A stretch of 64,000 bases of DNA, taken from Tubiluchus corallicola (Eukaryota; Animalia; Priapulida). The notes below the pieces were generated by a model. That model saw only the letters and a program-made list of their open reading frames with translations. It ran no database searches and had not been told where the DNA came from. Positions 1-44,000 of the stretch are shown here, piece by piece. Numbering within the stretch: position 1 is the first letter of the stretch; every line of letters starts with the position of its first letter. The translations under genes were made by a program, and so were the position numbers. The stretch covers positions 1 to 64,000 of the forward strand of contig JAQGDQ010000173.1 in assembly GCA_030141605.1 (NCBI GenBank), in the 5' to 3' direction.

Positions 1-644
1 TATATATTGTACATGAAACTATTGTAAATGTGTAATGTGAAATAAATGACTTATGACTTATAACACGCCATTATTCTCAGCAATGAATGTGTCAGCATTG
101 GTCCTTTATCATTTACAGCTCATTAGAGTTACAATAAGTAACGCAAGGTATACTGTACGCAGCACACAGCTTGATACCATACATGAAGTTACTGAAGTAT
201 ACAGTTTTTATACATAAACTATCTAATACATTGTACTTTTCTGTATGCAGGCTGCACAATACATAGTAATGCAGCCTTTGTATGCAGCTCCCTTACATAC
301 ACAAACCTCATAATCAGTACTTAATAAATAGTTATAGTAAAAAGTTCCTAAAACTGCGAATAGACAATTGCATAGATCTACTGTATATTGTACTGCAGTG
401 GATAACTAATTTTATTAAAACAATATAAGAAAGCAAAACACGAAATATTATTTCCCGTCCTTTTACTCTCTTGATTTGAACAAAGACATCGTTAGCAAAG
501 CTGCACACTGATTATAAGCACAAAAAATCCATTCTAACATGAAAAACTAAAAAAAACGTGAAAATAAAAAAATAGCAGAATAAATCACATTACATTTTTG
601 TTCTAAACTGTTATGAATTCTACAAATCTGTTTACAATGTATAA

Positions 645-1085
645 CTCTGAGCTCTGGACATTAAAAGCAAATCATAAAGCTGAAATCGATGCGTTTCAAA
701 GGCGAAATTACAGAAACATTTTGGGTATCAGATGGCCAAAGAAAATTTCAAACAAAGATCTATATGAAAAAATAAAAGAAGAACCTTGCACAAGAAAAAT
801 AAAAAGACGCTGTTTAAGATGGATTGGGCATATGCTTAGACTACCTGATGATATTCCAGTGAAGTTAGCTCTTCAACAAGCCATAGAACCAGCTAAAAAA
901 CCTGCAGGAGGACAAATGTTAACATATTTAGATTTTGCACAGAAAGATTTAAACACTTCAGCATTGATCCTTAGAAATAAATGCACTTGGGGCATTGCAG
1001 CGAGTAGGGAGTCCTGGCATAGGGAGGGAGGTGAGCAGAATCATGTCCCTGGACGTATGATTCATTGGATGATGATGATGATGAT
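645..1085 (+). mobile_element. 5'-truncated RTE-clade LINE 3' fragment
   Basis: SELW...IDAFQRR..RNILGIRWPKKISNKDLY...LRWIGHMLRL; (GAT)n tail. Confidence 0.8.
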
Positions 1086-1152
1086 CTACCATTTTTAAGT
1101 AATTAAGTACGATGTTTGTTTGTGTAGGTGATTAATTTGAAAATTCATCCAG

Positions 1153-12618
<11,466 letters not shown>

Positions 12619-13030
12619 TTCCCACTAGTTCATTTTTGATAATAAATATGTTATTGTTTTTAGTATTGCGAGTAGCAAAAATTATGTTTGAACCAAGTGC
12701 TTAGAAAGGTTCAGGTGATAACCGTAAAAAGAATATTTATTTGATTAGCTTTGCAAGTTTTGTGTCCAGAACTTATGTTAACCTTGAGTTTCTTGACCAG
12801 GAAATATTTTTGATATTTGTAAAGTTTAAATTACTTGCTGTTTTCTATTGTACTTAGGAAAGTATGGTAAGTTTATTGAATTATCGATTTCTGGCAACCA
12901 AAACTTGTCTTAAAAGAGGAGAGGTGGGTTATTGAAAATACCTCTTTTATTTAGTTTTTTTTTGCTTGGCTCAAGTACATCAGAAAAATTTTGTAACTTT
13001 TTCTTTCAATGCTTGAAATGTTATATATTT

Positions 13031-13851
13031 TCATTGAATATCTCACTCAACTCCTGCAAGGATGTATCGGGTATCATTGAATTTCTCACTCAACTCCTGC
13101 AAGGATGTATCGGTGTCATGGAATATCTCACTCAACTCCTGCAAGGATGTATCGGGTGTCATTGAATATCTCACTCAACTCCTGCTAGGATGTGTCGGGT
13201 GTCATTGAATATCTCACTCAACTCCTGCAAGGATGTATCGGGTGTCATTGAATATCTCACTCAACTCCTGCAAGGATGTATCGGGTGTCATTGAATATCT
13301 GACTCAACTCCTGCAAGGATGTATCAGTGTCATTGAATATCTCACTCAACTCCTGCAAGGATGTATCGGGTGTCAGTGAATTTCTCACTCAACTCCTGCA
13401 AGGATGTATCGCGTGTCACTGAATATCTCACTCAACTCCTGCAAGGATGTATCGGGTGTCATTGAATTTCTCACTCAACTCCTGCAAGGATGTATCGGGT
13501 GTCATTGCATTTCTCACTCAACTCCTGCAAGGATGTATCGGGTGTCATCGAATTTCTTACTCAACTCCTGCAAGGATGTATCGGGTGTCATTGCATATCT
13601 CACTCAACTCCTGCAAGGATGTATCGGGTGTCAGTGAATTTCTCACTCAACTCCTGCAAGGATGTATCGGGTGTCATTGAATATCTCACTCAACTCCTGC
13701 AAGGATGTATCGGGTGTCAGTGAATTTCTCACTCAACTCCTGCAAGGATGTATCGGGTGTCATGGAATTTCTCACTCAACTCCTGCAAGGATGTATCGGG
13801 TGTTAGTGAATATCTCACTCAACTCCTGCAAGGATGTATCGGGTGTCATTG
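13031..13851. repeat. Minisatellite, 43-bp unit x ~19
   Basis: Unit tcattgaatatctcactcaactcctgcaaggatgtatcgggtg. Confidence 0.95.
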
Positions 13852-14667
13852 CTGATATTTGTTACATTATACAATAATTTCATTTATATTTCATTTATTG
13901 TTATTTGTTATTTGTACTTGTTATTATTTGTTATTTTTTTAAATCATGCAGGTCATAATAAACAATGAATGACTGTTAACTAAGCGAGTTTTTTTAGTAT
14001 TTTTGCCTGGCCGTTATTGATTTTTTTTAATGTGAGCACCGCCTCTGCTAAGGGCATGACGTATCCCGACTCCTTTCGAGAACTTTTCTGTGAATATTTT
14101 AATTTTTCCATTAATATCTTTGCTGTTTTTATGCTGTTCTAGATATTTAAAGCATAAAAGTACTAGATTTTCAATACGCAAGAAATAAAATGATAAAGCA
14201 ATAAAAAATCGTGATAATTTATTAATTTAGTAACATAATATTAGTACAAAGTGTAGCAGACATATTTTTTCATGAAAATCCAATAAATATATTAAAAATT
14301 TAAATATATCTTCATAGTTACATCACACCGTGAAAAACATCAGTTACAATATCCCTCTTAACAGGTTTTTAGTTATGTGGACGGTTAGTTTTTTACATGA
14401 TAGAAGTGCATGAGTCAAATTTATGCTAAAACAACACAAAAAATCAATCACCAAACAAACTCAAAGGCACAGTAAGGTCAGAGCATGAGCAAAATTTAAG
14501 TTCAAGAGTCAATGAAAGTACAACATGTGACCCAATTGTGCATAAATGTCCTTGAATTAAGTACAAGTAGCATTTGAGTAACAACAGATATTTGGCATAA
14601 AAAAGCACAAACAGCATTTTGTTCTGGTTGAATAAAAGAAAAGCATTTACAAATGAAAGGATTCCAT

Positions 14668-15215
14668 CAGTGGCAGCTCATAGCTAAAATTAGTGAGGGC
14701 GCTGCTTCAGAATTTTTTTAGCCATTGTTTTAATACTGTGTAAAACGAAACAAACATATGTAATTTTAACGTTGTAATTGTAATTTTAAACAAGCAAACG
14801 TACAAAAATTTATACAAAAACTTCATAAAATCCTAAACAAAAATATCGTTTGCCTGCGAATATCCTAAAGTGTTGCAGTTCAAAAATATGCCAGTACGCG
14901 GCTTTTAAGCACGTGACAACTGACAACACACACTGCGTGAGTGACAGTACTCTTTCTATCTAGAGTGCAGCATCTTATCTCAAACACGTGTGCATGGCCC
15001 CATGTGCACAATAGAAAAACACCACGTTGCTTGAGCTGCGAGCACACTGTTCTGGGCAGTGAAGTAAACAGTACTACCCTCACGAGTTCTGGACCATACA
15101 AATATAAATAAAGAAACTAAAGAAAAAAGACTTCTTATATTAAATATTATCGATAATACTGAGTGAAACTAGGGGGTGCTGCAGTTACACAGTACCTATA
15201 CACGAGCCGCCACTG
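14668..15215. mobile_element. hAT-like MITE (internal fragment recurs at ~53087-53430)
   Basis: TIR CAGTGGCAGCTC / GAGCCGCCACTG; TSD degraded. Confidence 0.65.
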
Positions 15216-15639
15216 GAATCTACACACAATATATCATGATCATGAATACTAAATATACCAGGCAATTGCAGTCAATCAGAATAGGTGCAAGAGCAATGCA
15301 ATAATAATTTGACGCGATCATGACTACTATCAGAGAGAAGACAATGATAACATGATAACGGTCATAGTTAACATAACATAAGTTTAACTCACTCATTTTG
15401 CCAAGATAAGAAACCTACTAATAATATGAACAACACTGTAAATAATGTTTAAATTAATATTTCAAATTAATAGCACAATTCCATGCAATTTTCAACAACA
15501 GAAATGATGACAAAGAAACTTAATTCTAGATTCTACTAGGTTACTATAAACTGCCGTTTTAACAGTTTCGGTGATTGATGGTGCTTGTGAAAAGGTTAAG
15601 TAAACCAAACAACATTATCTGAACTAAACACTGTTGTAT

Positions 15640-16122
15640 TATAGGTCTTACACGTCAAATGTAGACACAGGAAAGTTCAAATGTGACTTGGGTAAGTCAA
15701 ATGTAGATGCATTACCTTGAATAAATCGGTAGTTAAGTTATTTAAGTGCAAATTAGAAAAAGATAAACCAAAGATAGTGCATCTATTAGTAGGCCTATAA
15801 CGTTGTTATTTTAACTTAGGAGCAACTATTAAATTGAAATTAAAGAAGATTAAATTTAACATCCTTAAGCTTTACCACCTATCCACATTTGAGATACCAA
15901 TGTCACATTTGACTTGACATGTGTCTAAATTTGACTTACCAAAAGCGCTTAAGATTTCTTGAAAACCATTGTTAACACATTTGAACTACTTAAGTCTACA
16001 TTTGAGTTACCAAGACACATTTGAACTACCTAAGTCTACATTTGAGTTACCAAGACACATTTGAACTGCCTAAATCTAAATTTGACTTAACGTCGGTCTA
16101 CATTTGACATGTAAAACCTATA
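15640..16122. mobile_element. MITE with long TIR and internal TCAAATGT/ACATTTGA repeats
   Basis: TATAGGTCTTACACGTCAAATGTAGAC ... GTCTACATTTGACATGTAAAACCTATA; superfamily unassigned. Confidence 0.7.
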
Positions 16123-17226
16123 GTAACAGTTCTTGGCATCAATTTTCACTTCAGTTACATGGATTGCTGCTGCTATCTTGCTAGCTGTTTTCGGATAAGA
16201 ATAATATGCTAGTTAAAAACTATATACTCGTAGTATACAATAAAAACAATAACGCATTTCGCCAACATGTAGCTACATGCATGAGGTCACGTGACGGTTA
16301 TAGTTAAATAAGACGCGCTGGGTTCAGTTAACCTTTGACCTACAGCAAATGCGCATGCGCATAACGAAACTGCGAACAGGCTTAATGTGCTTTTGCATTT
16401 AATAAGTCACGTACTTAAAATATTTAAAATTGAATTTTAAAAGAAAATAACAATGAAATATCGCGAAAATGCAAAGCTGCATTCAAATGACAATTTCCCA
16501 AGGGATAAAAAAGCAAATGTTGACACAAAGGTGCTACACTACATTCCATAATCCTAAATAAATGATGCTTATTATAATAATAATAATAATAATAATAAAA
16601 TTTAGGCTAACACTCTCGGCCAGTTACGTTGTAAAAGATCTGAGGTTGCTAGTAGTAATTTTCAGCTTTTTTCCAAAGCAAGAACATGGCTATGTAGATC
16701 AAGTAATGGAATGAAGTCACAATTATTGAAATTTTACGACTAAGTTTGACTGTAGGGATGGAAACTGTGAAAAAATCACGACTACGCTTGAACTTGAAAC
16801 AGGGATGTGTTAAAACAGCATGGCCACTGGACCACACAGCACCTTGTGGTCCTAACAAGCATTACTTTGACTCTAATAGCTCACAAACCAGCCAAATTAG
16901 GATCTATGTTTACCACAAGAAAAACGTGTGGTCTAATAGTTATGGTATTGCTTATAATTTAAGGCTTCCTGGTTCAAATACAAGCTCGGTACTTGCCTTT
17001 TCACATTTTCCTCCTTTCGGTCAAAATTTGATTTCAAAAATTCGGAAATTGTGTGTTTATTCCAACATTAATGAATAATCTTGAAACTGGCATTGTAAAT
17101 AATTAAACCAAATGACACGATGATAGTGAAAACAGAATCAAAATGTCACTACAATTTACCAACAAGCCAATGGTTCCAATTAAAGACATGCTTAGTTTTA
17201 ATCTTTCTTTAAATATTAATTGAAGT

Positions 17227-17518
17227 CTCTCTCTCTTTCTCTCTATCTCTCTCTCACTCTCTCTCTCTCTCTCGCCGCACGCGCGCCGTTTGCCAGTATT
17301 GACAAGTATTAAGGACTGGTCTTGAGAATAAAGCAGTTTTTCTTTCAATTGTTCTTTCCTTTAACAACTGCATAACTCCATATTTTCTCTTCGAAAATGC
17401 TTCTCCGGCGTTCTAGCAGTTCAAAAATTTTCTGGGCGCCAACCATGGTAGCGCCCGCCCCCGGGTGCTTTGCCACCCCCCACTTTCCCGGGCCTAGCCT
17501 AGGCTGAAATGGGCCCTG
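17227..17518 (-). mobile_element. hAT MITE family A, one TIR missing
   Basis: Homologous to 2816-3110; flanked by ATTGAAGT on both sides. Confidence 0.8.
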
Positions 17519-17788
17519 ATTGAAGTTATACATGAAACGCGAATGCAAATGTCTTGAATTTTCTCCTAGCAATAATATGAATAATTTAGCACCAATGCTA
17601 CATTAATTTAATAAAAACTAAACAAAGCTGCTAGACAGAAGCTAAGAAGTTTCGGATCCACTTTCGAGTGCTGCATCATAACTGACATGATCATAAGAAA
17701 ATATATTAATTAGAACTAATAAAAAGCACAAAATACAATCTGCGATACAAACACACTTTATAAATCAATATAAATGCAGCAGGGGTGT

Positions 17789-37685
<19,897 letters not shown>

Positions 37686-38012
37686 TTTGACGCTTCCCCC
37701 TATAATATCCGAATTTTAGAAAAATAAGTAGTGGCAGCTGTAGGTTTTAGTATAAGTGCCTTGATTTACGCCATCTGCATACACTATAACTTGAAATATC
37801 ATAAAATTATTTTAGTCTAAACAGACCATAACAACACTTTCTAGTCCACAGTGGCTTACTGTTTATTGCTGTACATTACGCGGTTTCTGAGACTTCGCGA
37901 GACTAATTATGCGCATGCGCGCTGCTACAAGAAGCCAAGGAAAACAAATACAACGATAACCATTTGGTGATTTTTGATTACTATTAAATTTCAGTTCTAG
38001 GGCAAAGATAAA
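37686..38012. promoter_or_regulatory. Probable bidirectional MCU/CDS promoter
   Basis: 327 bp between divergent ATGs; TGCGCATGCGCG (NRF1 consensus) at 37910-37921; near-palindromic CTTCGCGAGA at 37893-37902; local CpG enrichment. Confidence 0.65.
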
Positions 38013-38081
38013 ATGTCAGAACTACGACAGAGGCATTTAGAAACCCAAGGACCGGAAGATGTTTCAACTGAAAAAAATGCT
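38013..38081 (+). CDS. CDS2: CDS exon 1
   Basis: aaa[13 protein letters not shown]...; donor T|GTGAGT. Confidence 0.85.
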
Positions 38082-41000
38082 GTGAGTTTTACTGTGTAGT
38101 AATGTGGCTACTACTGCAACTCGATGTAATGTTATTGTACCAAACGTCTAGTAATAACTAATATTGTTTCGTGTAGTTTGCCTCATCGTCTTAATTTCCT
38201 TGGCGTCTGTCAGTTTACAGACATGGCACATGTAACACTATTACACTAATAGTTTTATTATTTTTATTACACGCATATATACCATAGGCATGACTGCGCC
38301 AATTTGACTCAATTCTTCATCATAATATTATAGTACATCGCTAAAGTTTAACTCACAATAAAAACGTGTTTTTGCGATCTGTGTTCATCAGGGCCGGCCC
38401 AGGTAGTTTGGCAACCTAGGCAAAAGTATTTTTAGTTCCCCTCGAGAACTGCCTACCCTTCCCCAAGGCCCATGCGAACCCCACGCACAAAATTTAATAT
38501 TTGTTGTATGTAACAAAGTATAACGAGACCTGTGTATTAGCTTATACATGTATTGTAGTGAATTAATTGACTGTAGTTATTTATTATCTACAGCTTGTGT
38601 TAATTTCATTTTGAATTAAACTTATGACCCCATTTTATATCCCGGTTCTTCAGAAGCAATCAAAATTTCTGCTGCACACTGTTCATGTACACTCTTGGCT
38701 AGAGTTTCTCTCGGTCTTTACCTAAATTTTTTTCAACACCAGCTCCCCTTTTTCATAGACACAACTTCCTAGCTTCATCATCTTCACCACTCTGGTCTGG
38801 TTGCACATGGTTCATTAGTCATTAGTGAATTTTTTTTTGTAGATCGTTGTCTGTCAGCCTTTTTACCCTCCTTTTCCTGTATTACCCTTCGGAAGTCTTC
38901 GATTCTTATAGATTTATTTGCCATAATTAGAAAAACTCTATTAACGAACCTTTTTTTATGAAATGGAAGAGTCATTACTTTCTCTGCTGCCCTATGCATA
39001 CAATGTAAATTGTTATCAAAAGCAGGGTAATGCATCAGTAATATCTGGATCAATGACGTAATCTTAAGAAGCCATTCAAAGCAAAAGTGAGGGAAGAGAG
39101 CTCCATGTTAGTGTGGTTGGAAAATATATTTGGACAGGAAGATAACACAAGAGTTTGTTTCATTAAATTAGAGTGTTGTGCACATTTACACATACACTAT
39201 GTTACTACTTATGCTGAACCGAAACTTAAAAATTAAAGAATTTGGTGCCCTAGCAACTGCCTAGTTTGCCTAGTGGTAGAGCTAGCCCTGGTCTTCATTG
39301 GTCCCTAAATTCAAACAGTTTGCTCGCCATTTGCTAAGTCATTCTCCGGGGATTAGAATTTTCGGAGTTTTTGGAAGACCAGTAGTGCCATTTTTGTAAA
39401 TCGCGTAAATTCGTTGAGAAAATTTTTGCGGACCGTATTTCACAAGCTGACCACTAGTTGGCAGGGCGTCACTTTGTTTACATCACGTACATCAGTGTAA
39501 CCACGTGTATATCTATATGTATAAAAATATAAAATCAATTGTGCGGAGTTATTTGAGTCAACTGCAGACAGTTTTTATATACTTTTGCATAGGAGCAGCC
39601 AGTACTTAGGCGTTTTTGAGACAATTAGGTATCATGTATCCTTGATAGTTGGGTATTTTAAATTATGCATGAAACAAGGTAATTGATATTTTAAGTCCAC
39701 TTAGAGGCTCTCTCTGGTCACAAAATTGCAATTTGTTGCTGGCTCCCAGGGGGCTTTTCCCTTGAACCCCATTGGGGAGCCTAGGTGGACCCAAAACCCC
39801 CGGCCTGTTTCAGAGTTTTTTTGCAATTTGTCATTCTCATCCCTGATTCTCTTGGCTTCTCATAATTTTACTTAAACATTTCATTGATGCAGAACAGCTG
39901 TTTGGAAATTTGTACATTTTTTCTTTCAAGCTGGTTATCTGTTGAATTATTTACGAGAGAAAAAACTGTTTCTTTGCTAATTGCCTACCCTTTTGCCCCT
40001 GACTTAACAAATTAATCATACGAATTTCGTGTTCTGGTTGTAGTCATGTTTTTAATTTCTAACTCTAGTCGTAAATAGCCACATGTCTTGTTTAGGATGA
40101 ATAACTTGTTTCTTGCACATGTATGTTTAAAAATTGTTTATGTAGGTTAAAGATCAACAACCGCTAGAAAAGACTTTCCAAAATGATGACACGTCTGCAG
40201 CAGCCACAAAAGATGATGACGAGAAAGAAAGCGAGGACACGGTTCCTATGGAAACTGATGACATTCAAGATGATGTCATGGCACAAGCAATAGCACAAGA
40301 TAGCCAAAAGAACGAGCCAAACATACTGGAACAGTCCTTGTCTTGGCTTCCTACTAGGCAAGTTGAAATTACACTCTGTAATTCCAAAAGATCTAAAAGT
40401 ATATCTCTTAGCCTGTGATATTTTGAGTAAACATATCTGAGTGTAGCAAAGCATTTCTAATATTTATTCTTACATTATTGTAGGATCAAGATTTTTAGTT
40501 ATATTTATTTTTTTTTAATTTTATAGGTTTATTGGTTAGATCATTTGGTCTGATCAATCCAAACTCTTAAAAGTGTGAAATCATTGTGACAGACTGCTCT
40601 GCAGTGCTGATTACTTGCTGGTTTTCTGCATGTACATGTTACCATTCAAATATTTTAACTTATTAGTCATAAGTCATTTATTTCACATTACACATTTACA
40701 ATGGTTACATATACAATATCTAGTGAAAGGGCCTACAATGGACGTAATACAAATAAGAAATACTGCGCAGGAAAAGCCTCAAACACTGTTCACTTATACA
40801 CGAAGGTAAATGTGTTGCGGGCAATCAAAAAGCAGGGCTTGTTACATTGTCCCACACAGTGATAGAAAAAAAAGTAATGGAGATAATCTGAAAATTTAAA
40901 GCGAATCGTGTGATAAAAAAACATTAGTGCTTAAAATGGAATGATGTAATGAATGAAACTCATATATGGAATGATATAAAAGATAGAAAGACTATTATTT

Positions 41001-44000
41001 GTTAATAGTATGTGAAATTAAGATAACTTGATTAAGCTAACACCACTGTTTTGCAACTACTCTGAGGATGGATACTGATAAAAATTTTGATTACAATGTA
41101 TGTATTTGATATTTGTATGTATCATTTACTGTTAGATGGAAGAATTGGGTAATTCGAGGAATATTCACGTGGGTGATGATATTTGCTTTTGCTGGAGTCA
41201 TCTATATGGGACCGCTAGCGCTTATGTGTTTGGTAAGTCTGTCTTTTAATTATGAATTACCTGTATCTTTGTAATAGTTAGCAAAATTTGTGGACAATTC
41301 TTTGATCATAAAAAAAGACTATTATGTGTTCTGGTTGATTGCTGTTTTGTTTACTGGTATAATTATTTTGAATGCATCTGATGTAAACAGTGGAAAAATT
41401 GCGAGCGAATTTTCATTTAAGAAAATAACCTTTATATGTTTCATCGAGTCGAACTATTAGCTTGTTCACGCTTTTGTGTTGAAGGTTTACCTTTCAAATT
41501 GTTTCAAAACTTCTGTTTTAAGCCGTCAGCGATTCTTGTTACTGAGCATCTAACAAAGTGAAAGTTATTAGTCAGCTTTCTAATGTCCTTTATATCAAGT
41601 GATACATACTTATTTATACAAGTGATATATTATTGATTATATATGATTTAATACAGTTATTAATTAAAATTATTGACACAAAAACAATTCCAAAATATAC
41701 AAACGAATACTAACATAACATTAATTACAATTATTCTGATATGTACATGGTCCATTATTGCATATATATCATGCTGTTACCATAAAGAATTCACATAGAG
41801 TAACTATAATATCAAAACAATTTGATATCAAAAACTTGGGGACCTCTTAAGGCTATTTTAAGTCATAAGTACATGCACCAAATTATATGATTTATTATTT
41901 ATACAAGTGATATACATACAAACAAAAACTTACAAATAAATGTGACAAATGCTGACATTTAGACTTCTGCCCTCCGTTATTACGTTCACCTCTTTTTCCT
42001 GTTTGAAATACAACCTTGAGATTTTCTTGCCAACTCCTCATTAGTCTGTTATAATGGGGGTTTACTATACAGAATATTTAAACAGTCAACTCACCTGTCC
42101 AGGTGATACCAGGAGGTGGAAAAGTACCTCATACAGAGTTTTACAAGCTGTTACTTTTTTCAAATTATTTATCATTTTCTTTTTCCAAAACCAAAGACAT
42201 TTTGAATTACCAGTCTTTTATATTGTGCTATAATGTAATTAGAAACAGAAAATTTTGATATTTCTGTAAATGGAGCTCCTTAGTATATGATTTAAATTTA
42301 TTTTTTATTTTTTTTATTTATTTATTTATTATTATTATCACATTCAGTACAATATAATGACATTAAGCGCACAGTGACATCAAAATTATTACATCATCTG
42401 TATTAAATTATTATGTTTCATACACTATCGTTATCATAAAAGAATAATTGTACTGCAGTGGTGCAGTGGACTAGAGAAGCAAAGGCTTGTATAAGCCCAC
42501 TGTCATGTGAACTGTAATAAATTATTATGTGTCATACACTATCATTATCATAAAGGAATAGTTGTACTGCAGTGGGCTAGAGAAGCAAAGGCTTGTATAA
42601 GCCCACTGTCATGTAAACCAGATAAAAAAGAATGGATGAGTGAACAAAGGGAACAAAAAAAAACTGGGAGAAAGGTTAGATCACACAGGAAGGGTAGAAG
42701 GATGTGTTAGTGGAAATGGTAGGAAGAAAGATAATAGATTGCGCTATGTTGACATCAGCTCTAAAGATTTATCAATGATGCCTTGTTTTGCATAATCTGT
42801 ACCAGGATTGTGGTATGATTACCAAATTAATAAAGTATGTACCTTTAAACTAACAAAAATACATAAGCATTCTATTATTCTATACATATCATTCTATTTG
42901 TATATGCCAAAAATTAACATAAAAATTATTCTTGCAGGTATTTGCTATTCAAATAGCTTGCTTCCATGAGATAATCAGCATTGGTTATTCTGTGTATAAA
43001 GTGTATGACTTGCCGTGGTTCCGTTCTCTCAGCTGGTACTTCCTGATTACTTCAAATTACTTCTTCTACGGAGAGAGTATGGTTGACTACTTTGGCGTAG
43101 TCACTCAAAGAGATGTAAGTTTTCTGAGTTTGTGTGCGTTGATTGATTGTAGTGGAATGTGAGTGAGACTGGAGCAAAGTATCGGGATAAGAAGAACTGT
43201 AGTCACTCGGGTTAGGACTGTATTTCAAAACGAAATGAAGGTTAAGAAACCATATCAAGTAACTAAACTTCTTTGGCTCAGCATTCCTCAGATTTTTGTT
43301 GCTTTTCCAGTGGAGAAGTACAAATGCAAAAGAAAAACCATCTTTAAATTGAGCTATCTTTAAATTGAGCAATGAGCTATCTTTAAATTTAAATAAGTGG
43401 TCAACTCTAAGGACATTTGCAGATTTTTATGCATTTCACCATTGTTGTATCATAAATGTTCACACTGGTATCCAATGACATGGGCTTTCGGCAATTCAAT
43501 TTGTTCCTGATATTTTAGCATTATCAGCATATAACAATGGGATGCGTGCATCTCTACCGATCATTCGGTCCATTAAGGATTTGGGGTGTCTAGTGTAACT
43601 GCACCTTGGGCAGGGCAAAGATCTGTGTCCTTAAAATATCTTTCACCCAGCATTTGCGATATTGTACACAAAATTAAGAAATTAGTGAATGCTAACCGAA
43701 ATAATTCATTTTTGGTGCGCATAAGTTCATGAAGCAAAGATATAGCTTCAGGATTTAGTGATCTAGCTTTTTCTATAAATTGAACAATGAGATCATCTTG
43801 CTAGTTTTTGGTATATGTTGTAACTTTTATTTTGTATCATCATTCGCCTTGTTTTTCTCGACGTGTATTAAAAATAATACGTGTAGGTTTAGTTTTTGTT
43901 TTCTTATTATTTTTCCTAATTTTCTGATCATCTGTTTTGGTTTTTTCACAGGACTTCCTGCAGTTTCTTGTTACTCATCACCGTCTGATATCCTTCTTCT

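Noticed and set aside
12932-13877. Overlapping 71-77-aa ORFs
   Set aside because: Products of the 43-bp tandem array
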